Shown here: positions 57,922-64,000 of the stretch, piece after piece
Numbering within the stretch: position 1 is the stretch's first letter
Layout of the letters: each line of letters begins with the position of its first letter
Source: an uncultured virus (IMG/VR IMGVR_UViG_3300047160_009670)
Taxonomy: Duplodnaviria > Heunggongvirae > Uroviricota > Caudoviricetes
IMG/VR virus record: IMGVR_UViG_3300047160_009670
Strand: one strand, 5' to 3'
DNA length: 64,000 nucleotides
Translations under genes and position numbers: made by a program
The notes under the pieces: model-generated
The model's input: only the letters and a program-made list of their open reading frames with translations
Database searches by the model: none
Told to the model about the DNA's origin: nothing

Positions 57922-59847
57922 ATGTACCTTGCAGTCAATGGTTATATCTTAGAAATGCTTAAGACAAATAGCATCCAATTCGATCCCATCATGTCGCCCG
58001 ATGGGACCGATTTCATGTATACGCGCGTACTTATTGATGTGACCTGTACCTATTCCCCCGGCGCAACCGCGGTCGATCAGTTCGGCTTGCAGCATTTCGG
58101 CTACAACCCCAATGCCCCGGTCTATGCCGACGTGACGGCAACCGAACTGAAACAGCGGCTAGCCGTACCGCGCAACCTATGGATTTTCAGCGGCGACAAT
58201 GCGGTCATGCTGGTCAGCCCCCCTGTCCTGAACGGGGTCCAGTGCGCGGTCGATGCCAAGGACGGCCCCAAATGCCTGGGGGTTTCCGTCGTCGCCATTA
58301 CCAATTCGCGCAACTTCCTTGTGCGCTGGCGCGGGGAAACATTCATATCTGACTGTATCGTTCCATTCATAGGTTTATCCAGCAACGTGCCGCCCTTGGT
58401 CAGTAACCGCTGGTCGCAGTCGCAGACCATCGAACAGCCCAGCCTGCGTACGACCATCCTGACCGAAGGGACCGCAGTATTCCGGTCGGACCTACTGGAC
58501 TACCTGGGACAGATCAACGGGTTTTCCGTGGGCGCCGACTACTTCCGCGATTTCGTCATCCCGCCCTGCCCGCTGGGCTTCAAGCGGACGAATGGCAACG
58601 TCAATGTAACCCCCCTGGGGAACGTCCTGTCCTGGCGCGTCGTCGATGTAGAACAGGCCGTCAACATCGGCAGCCTTGTCTTTCAGGCGTATGGCGTGAC
58701 TTCCTTCGATGGGGTCTATGGCCAGCATTCCCAGCGGATCGGCAGCGACATTGCTATGACCGGGCCGTTCTTTACCGAAACCCTGGACGCGCGCTGCCAT
58801 GGTCATATGAGATCAAGTAAGAAAAACTTACTGCGCTTCCTGGCTGTCCTGGCGGTCGAGCAGATGAACCTGCCGCCGCCCGGGTCCAAACCGTCGGACT
58901 TTGCGGGCTTCCCGATCATCGGCAACCTGTCGATCCGGGAAAGCCTTGATGAAAAATGGATGTCAATTCATGTAGAAGCGTTATGCGTTCCCGGCAAGAC
59001 CTTCGCCCCGGCACTGCAAGGGGTCGATCCCAATCATGGCCGGCCGGTAAGCGGGGGACTGAACCCCGACTGGCTGGGCGTGGACGATATCGGAACCCTG
59101 ACCGATCCGACCGGCCGGAACCCGAACCCGCAGTACGACAACGGAACCCGCGCGACCTACTGGGGCCAGATGTTTACCCAGGCGGTCTTGCAAGCCTGCA
59201 ACGTGCCCTTCAGTCCGACGCAAGGGAACTGCATCACGTCGATCCTGGGGGACAACTTCACGGTCAGTTGCGCGCCGGCTGCCGATAACGGGTCAACCCT
59301 GCCCCTGAACGGCGATCTGGTCGCTCCCATCCATCTATCTGGACTTGTCCCACATTTTAATATGAATTGGGTCTGGGGATGCTTCGGCGGCCGGATTCAG
59401 AACCCGGCGACGGGCGGCATACCGGATTCCTGGAACCCGGGCGGCGGCGGGCCGGGCGGTCCCTTGGTTCGCGGCGTACCCGCGGCGCCCGACAGTAGCG
59501 ATGCCCCGGTCGTCGGCCCGGAAATCATGCAAATCTTTTCCCCCTATACGACCCTGACCATCAACTGGGAAGTCCTGTCGATCAACAATGACCCGCCCCT
59601 GCCCCATCCGGTTTCGAACGAACCGGGCTACGTCCTACTGGACTTCAAGCCGACAACCTGGGTTCCTTATATATATCCTGATATGAATTCGGCCGGATAC
59701 TTGGTCCAGGGGTCCTTTACCTACGCCCTGAAGTTTCCGATCGCGCCTGGCGACCCGCTGCCCATGGGGGCCAGCCCGGCTTATACCCTGGGCTGGTCGG
59801 AAGTCAAAGATACCGACTGGCTACATCTAATCATTGATGAAGGATAA
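57922..59847 (+). CDS. Tail structural protein
   Basis: 641 aa beta-rich ORF in the tail module. Confidence 0.6.
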   Translation: MYLAVNGYILEMLKTNSIQFDPIMSPDGTDFMYTRVLIDVTCTYSPGATAVDQFGLQHFGYNPNAPVYADVTATELKQRLAVPRNLWIFSGDNAVMLVSPPVLNGVQCAVDAKDGPKCLGVSVVAITNSRNFLVRWRGETFISDCIVPFIGLSSNVPPLVSNRWSQSQTIEQPSLRTTILTEGTAVFRSDLLDYLGQINGFSVGADYFRDFVIPPCPLGFKRTNGNVNVTPLGNVLSWRVVDVEQAVNIGSLVFQAYGVTSFDGVYGQHSQRIGSDIAMTGPFFTETLDARCHGHMRSSKKNLLRFLAVLAVEQMNLPPPGSKPSDFAGFPIIGNLSIRESLDEKWMSIHVEALCVPGKTFAPALQGVDPNHGRPVSGGLNPDWLGVDDIGTLTDPTGRNPNPQYDNGTRATYWGQMFTQAVLQACNVPFSPTQGNCITSILGDNFTVSCAPAADNGSTLPLNGDLVAPIHLSGLVPHFNMNWVWGCFGGRIQNPATGGIPDSWNPGGGGPGGPLVRGVPAAPDSSDAPVVGPEIMQIFSPYTTLTINWEVLSINNDPPLPHPVSNEPGYVLLDFKPTTWVPYIYPDMNSAGYLVQGSFTYALKFPIAPGDPLPMGASPAYTLGWSEVKDTDWLHLIIDEG

Positions 59848-59853
59848 ACGACC

Positions 59854-61236
59854 ATGACGGTACCCCTTACCGGGTCGCAAGGACTGTTCACGCGGCTAGG
59901 GCATATCCTGGGGCGCCTGAACAACCTGAACGTCTACCTGGGTACGACCTTTCCCCCGCAGTTGGGCACGATTGACGCCGACTATGCGACGACCGATCAA
60001 AATCTGGTCGGATCATTATATTCGCAAGGGTCTTCATTCCAGGCGCTAGCCGGCGGTTCCTGGCCGACCTACCTGTCGTCCCTGGCGCAGAATACCATTA
60101 TCCAGATGGCCGCCGACGATGGCTTGCAGCCCAATTCGACCCTTAGTCAAGCGCTTCAATATATCATTAACCAGATGAAAGGCGTGGCGACCGTCCAGCG
60201 GGCGACCGTCGGGTCGAGCGTCGTCGCGGGGGTAGCGAACGTCGGCAACCCGGTCTGGGTCATTTCGGTCAAACGCCCCGATGGCCTGTTTCAAGAAAAC
60301 CTGTTCGCGGAAGCCGCCCTGGCCGCGACCGTCGCGGACGGGCAGGTCGGCGGCGGGGCGACTACGAACCGGGAACAGATTACCTTGACCGGCCTGCAAG
60401 CGGCCCCTAGCCCGCTCAACTTTTCCTGGCCGGGCGGCAGCGGGGCGGTCGTCAGCGCCATCTGCGTCGATGCCGGGACCGCGGGGGCGGGCGGTAATCA
60501 AAACTTCCTTGTCAATTCCAACTTTGAATCGTTCAATACCAATCCCAACGTTCCCGATCAATGGGTCGTCGATACCGGAACCCCCGGAACGCAAATCAAG
60601 AAAGGGACCATAGCCTACGATGGGACCGCCAGCCTGCAATTCGCCGGGGACAATACGACCCTTACCGCGGTTCATCAGGAATTCAACAATTCGAACCTGG
60701 GGACCGTGCAGCGGCTTTTGCCATTAACGCAGTATTGCGTGAATCTATGGGTCAAGTTCGATGTGGCCCCGGCCAGCGGAACCCTGCGCTTGGCCCTGAC
60801 CGATGGGTCGAATTCGGTCATCAACGATGCGCAGGGCTTGGCGAACGCGGTCACGCAAAGCATCAGTTCCATGTCTACGGCCTACACGCCCCTGAACGCG
60901 ACCTTCCGTACCCCGGCCAGCCTGCCGCCCATCCTGCGCTTGCAGCTATCCCTGACCGCGGGCCTGTCCACGGGCAGCAATCTGTATATGGACCGCCTGG
61001 CCTTCGCGCAGCCGTACCTGTTCTACCCCGGCGGGCCATACCTGTCGGTCTTTTCGGGCAGCATCCCTACCGTCAAGGGTCTGGATACCTGGGTTGTAAC
61101 GTTCACGAATAACCGAACATCTACATCAAATGGCGGGTTCCAGTTTGGAAGTCAACGACTTTTGAATATGAATACGCTTGGTTTTGTCTGGCCGTCGGCC
61201 CTGAGCCCGACTATCAGCGATGCTTTGATCGTTTGA
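59854..61236 (+). CDS. Tail protein with carbohydrate-binding-like jelly-roll domain
   Basis: NFLVNSNFE...W...G...SLQF...Q...L.P.TQY.V.LWVK pattern. Confidence 0.6.
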   Translation: MTVPLTGSQGLFTRLGHILGRLNNLNVYLGTTFPPQLGTIDADYATTDQNLVGSLYSQGSSFQALAGGSWPTYLSSLAQNTIIQMAADDGLQPNSTLSQALQYIINQMKGVATVQRATVGSSVVAGVANVGNPVWVISVKRPDGLFQENLFAEAALAATVADGQVGGGATTNREQITLTGLQAAPSPLNFSWPGGSGAVVSAICVDAGTAGAGGNQNFLVNSNFESFNTNPNVPDQWVVDTGTPGTQIKKGTIAYDGTASLQFAGDNTTLTAVHQEFNNSNLGTVQRLLPLTQYCVNLWVKFDVAPASGTLRLALTDGSNSVINDAQGLANAVTQSISSMSTAYTPLNATFRTPASLPPILRLQLSLTAGLSTGSNLYMDRLAFAQPYLFYPGGPYLSVFSGSIPTVKGLDTWVVTFTNNRTSTSNGGFQFGSQRLLNMNTLGFVWPSALSPTISDALIV

Positions 61237-61260
61237 CCCGAAGGCGGCGGGCCATGTCCT

Positions 61261-63300
61261 ATGTCCATGCTGGTCGCTGGCGTGCCGGTCTTGATGCCGA
61301 CGCCGCAGTTAGTTGCGCTTATAAGAAACCATATGGATGCGCGAATGGCGCATCCGTTCTACCGCCGGGCCTGGCCGGGGGCCGGGTCGGTCTGCCTGGG
61401 GTACCCGCTACAGCATAGGCCGATCCCGCCCGTTGAAGTCGGCCGCATCTACTGGCGGGGCACGAACGCCAGCGAATTTTCCTACGGCTACTTGCTGGCC
61501 AGCGGGTCACAAACCAGCCAGATTGCGGCGCAGGCGTTCAAGTCGTTCACGTCGTCGGGCGGCGGCGCCAGTTCCGACCTGAACCCGATAACAATTGTCA
61601 TCAGGTCCGAAGGGGTACGCAGCGCTGAAACTGTAACGCTTCAAACGATGTACTTGCTGCCGCCGACGCCCTTGGCGCAGGCGCTCAAGACGGACGGATC
61701 GGCAGCGCAAGACATAAACGGGCTTTACCTGCTAACGGTAGTCGATCCCCGCTTTTACTGGTGGAACTTTCCCTGCCCCGCCCTGAACATCACGTCGTCA
61801 ACGTCCTGGCAAACCGTACTTAGTAACATCAGCGCATCTTTGGGGATCAACAATCCCCCCCTGACCTGGGACGAACCGGACCCGACCTTACTGTTTCCGC
61901 ATAATGCCCTGAACCAGTTGCAGGGGGAACCGATCCCGCTGGTTCTTGATACCATTCTGTATAACATTCAAGCGCGCTTGGTTGCGACGACCGACGGCAA
62001 TTACCATCTGGAAGGACAGGAAACAGCGTACGCGAATCGAACCCTGGACGATGAAGGCGGGACCAAACGCAGCTACCATGCGGGCGGCAACATCATCCCC
62101 AAGGGGCCGGGCTGGGGCAACAAGAACATTCCGCCCCTGCAAGCGATCCTGCCGCAAGCGGTTGAATTCCATTTCCGGCCCAAGCTATGCCATCCATCGA
62201 CTACCGACGCGCAGAACGTCACGCCCGTAACGTACATCGTCAAGGAACCGATTACCAATTTCGATGCGCAGTACATCGGCCATCCTGGGGCCAAGCTGTT
62301 CCGCGACCTGTGTACCGCGTCATTTACCGGCGGGCAGCAACAACCAGATAATTATACCCAGTTATTGGCGCTGGTTAATGGATTCGTCGAAGAATGGATT
62401 GAATGGAACAATTCCGTATGGTATGATCGTATCTACAATGGTATTGTCAATTTCCTACCGGAAGGGTTCAACGATACCGTCGAATGGACCTACCGGCTGC
62501 GGGATTACCAGAATGCGGGCGAAGACCCGTTCCCGTCGATGGGGACGAGCGCCAGCCCCGATCCAGACAAGCGCAAAGATGAAAATGATGAATGGGGCGA
62601 ATATGAAATAACGACCCGTGCGTACACGAAAGCATACAATTGGGAACCTGAACAGCTACATCATCTGGGAACCGATTGCCAGATCGGGGCATGCGGGCCG
62701 CCCCAGCGCCGGAATCCCCAGAAAGGCGGCGCAACCCTTGTCTGCCAGACCCTGTACGAACCGGCCATCTGCGGCAACCCGGGGGCCTTGGTCAATACCG
62801 GGCTGTCGTCGTGCTGCGTCCTGGAATGCTGCAAGTCAACCAGTCAGTCATCGTCGGGCGGCGGCTGCGACCCGCGCTGCCAGATTTGCGGGGTCTTCCT
62901 GTGCCCGATTTCCGTCATCGTCAACTGCCTGCGCGGCGGAACGCAACCTTGCTGCCCGGGCCTGGGCCTTTGCTGCGGTCCGCTCAATGATGTATACATC
63001 ATGTATTGTTCCAATCCTGACGCAAACGGACATTGCGATTGCGTCAGTCATCAGACCCATGTTCCCAATACCGCGGTCATGAACTGGTCCAATTCCCTGG
63101 GCGGCTATGTCTTTACCGTGACCAATGGATGTACGACCGCAACCTTCCTGCCGGATACGACCCAGGCGCCTTGCGCTGCGGGGGTAGGATGTACTTCAAC
63201 GGGGTATATTATGATGCTGCGTACTGATCCAACAAATCCGAACGATATCTGTTTGCCCGGATGCCAGGCGGGCGTCGCGATTGCGCAGGTCAAATGCTAG
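61261..63300 (+). CDS. Tail protein with Cys-rich C-terminus
   Basis: More than 20 Cys in the last ~215 aa. Confidence 0.6.
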   Translation: MSMLVAGVPVLMPTPQLVALIRNHMDARMAHPFYRRAWPGAGSVCLGYPLQHRPIPPVEVGRIYWRGTNASEFSYGYLLASGSQTSQIAAQAFKSFTSSGGGASSDLNPITIVIRSEGVRSAETVTLQTMYLLPPTPLAQALKTDGSAAQDINGLYLLTVVDPRFYWWNFPCPALNITSSTSWQTVLSNISASLGINNPPLTWDEPDPTLLFPHNALNQLQGEPIPLVLDTILYNIQARLVATTDGNYHLEGQETAYANRTLDDEGGTKRSYHAGGNIIPKGPGWGNKNIPPLQAILPQAVEFHFRPKLCHPSTTDAQNVTPVTYIVKEPITNFDAQYIGHPGAKLFRDLCTASFTGGQQQPDNYTQLLALVNGFVEEWIEWNNSVWYDRIYNGIVNFLPEGFNDTVEWTYRLRDYQNAGEDPFPSMGTSASPDPDKRKDENDEWGEYEITTRAYTKAYNWEPEQLHHLGTDCQIGACGPPQRRNPQKGGATLVCQTLYEPAICGNPGALVNTGLSSCCVLECCKSTSQSSSGGGCDPRCQICGVFLCPISVIVNCLRGGTQPCCPGLGLCCGPLNDVYIMYCSNPDANGHCDCVSHQTHVPNTAVMNWSNSLGGYVFTVTNGCTTATFLPDTTQAPCAAGVGCTSTGYIMMLRTDPTNPNDICLPGCQAGVAIAQVKC

Positions 63301-63305
63301 AAACC

Positions 63306-64000
63306 ATGGCCGAACCCATAGCGGAACCGCCGCCGCCCATACCGCCCTGCATCTGTACCCCGGAACAGGCTGCGGTATGGTGTCCACGTTGGCGCCGACC
63401 CATTCCCGGCGCTTTCTATGAAACATGCCGGAATACCTGCCTGGGATGCTACATCCCGGGCAAGCGCGAATCGCTGATTCGTAACTGGGGCTGGGAAGCC
63501 GAAGCCGCCGAACGCAAGGCGGCCGCCCAGTTCGAAACCCCGGGGTTCTTCGCCAAGGTCGGTCATCTGGCCCGGGCCATGGGGGGATGGGCCAAGGAAC
63601 GGTTCCGGGTTACAACGGAAGCGGGCATGGCCGAACGACGGGCCATCTGCAACCCATGCGAACATCGTGATCCTATCAAGGATGAATGTAAGCTATGCGG
63701 CTGCCATCTGTCGGGTCTCATTCTGAACAAGCTGCGGGTCGCGACCGAAGCCTGCCCCGTCGGCAAATGGGGGCCTGAACCGGAAACCCCGGAATCCAAG
63801 GTCGAAGACCTGCCCGACGATGCCGACCTGCGCATCGCCGCCCCCGACCTGCGGGGCGCGACCATGCCCCCGCGGGTTCCGGGCCTGTTTACCGCCGACA
63901 TGCGGCCGGTCCTACTGACAGGCCATTTCCGGGGAACCGATGCCTGGATTCTGGGACGCGGGCCATCCCTGCGCCATATGGACCTGTCGTTCCTGAAGGA
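63306..64000 (+). CDS. Cys-rich DUF6171-like domain followed by a glycosyltransferase-like domain (truncated by window end; not in ORF track)
   Basis: MAEPIAEP...RRAICNPC...ECKLCGC...K....EACPVGKW; then AWILGRGPSL. Confidence 0.65.
   Translation, partial: MAEPIAEPPPPIPPCICTPEQAAVWCPRWRRPIPGAFYETCRNTCLGCYIPGKRESLIRNWGWEAEAAERKAAAQFETPGFFAKVGHLARAMGGWAKERFRVTTEAGMAERRAICNPCEHRDPIKDECKLCGCHLSGLILNKLRVATEACPVGKWGPEPETPESKVEDLPDDADLRIAAPDLRGATMPPRVPGLFTADMRPVLLTGHFRGTDAWILGRGPSLRHMDLSFLK

Larger units (their letters stand above)
1..64000. mobile_element. Tailed bacteriophage genome segment with Mu-like head module; no host genes evident
   Basis: Terminase, portal, protease/scaffold, capsid, adaptor and tail genes on +; dense small early ORFs on -; no integrase, transposase or host housekeeping gene recognised. 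Confidence 0.95.

Noticed and set aside
1..64000. Stop-codon reassignment
   Set aside because: Conserved genes are intact under the standard code and end in TAA, TAG and TGA
1..64000. Most opposite-strand and alternate-frame ORFs in the track
   Set aside because: Shadow ORFs typical of high-GC DNA that overlap better-supported genes and lack RBSs or motifs

Overview
The whole window is part of a GC-rich tailed-phage (Caudoviricetes) genome, most plausibly from a Planctomycetota host (inferred). About 300-23,700 is a minus-strand early region: many small ORFs, an AcrVA2-family anti-CRISPR homologue, a LexA DNA-binding domain without its peptidase, a YqaJ/annealase/SMC-like/SSB-like recombination module, a DUF932 gene and tRNA-Glu(UUC). 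It is driven by a family of near-identical sigma70 promoters whose -35 box often supplies the upstream gene's stop codon. About 23,800-64,000 is a plus-strand late region with Mu-like head genes (TerS, TerL, portal, protease with internal scaffold start, cement, major capsid, gp36-like adaptor) and a tail module with a -1 frameshifted chaperone. A second antisense early island (41.7-44.3 kb), which holds a 145-nt tRNA-like RNA, interrupts it. The strongest candidate for an undescribed system: the portal, the protease/scaffold and four large modular proteins share a short E-[RQE]-[YH]-A motif at module boundaries. The modules include DUF6582-like, ART-PolyVal-like ADP-ribosyltransferase and topoisomerase IB domains. 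This suggests capsid-loaded polyproteins cut into effectors by the prohead protease. The genome also strongly avoids GAG/CTC and CAC/GTG on both strands, even in ribosome-binding sites, and one motif-bounded module lacks this avoidance. All family assignments are from motif recognition by eye; no searches were run and counts are approximate hand counts.
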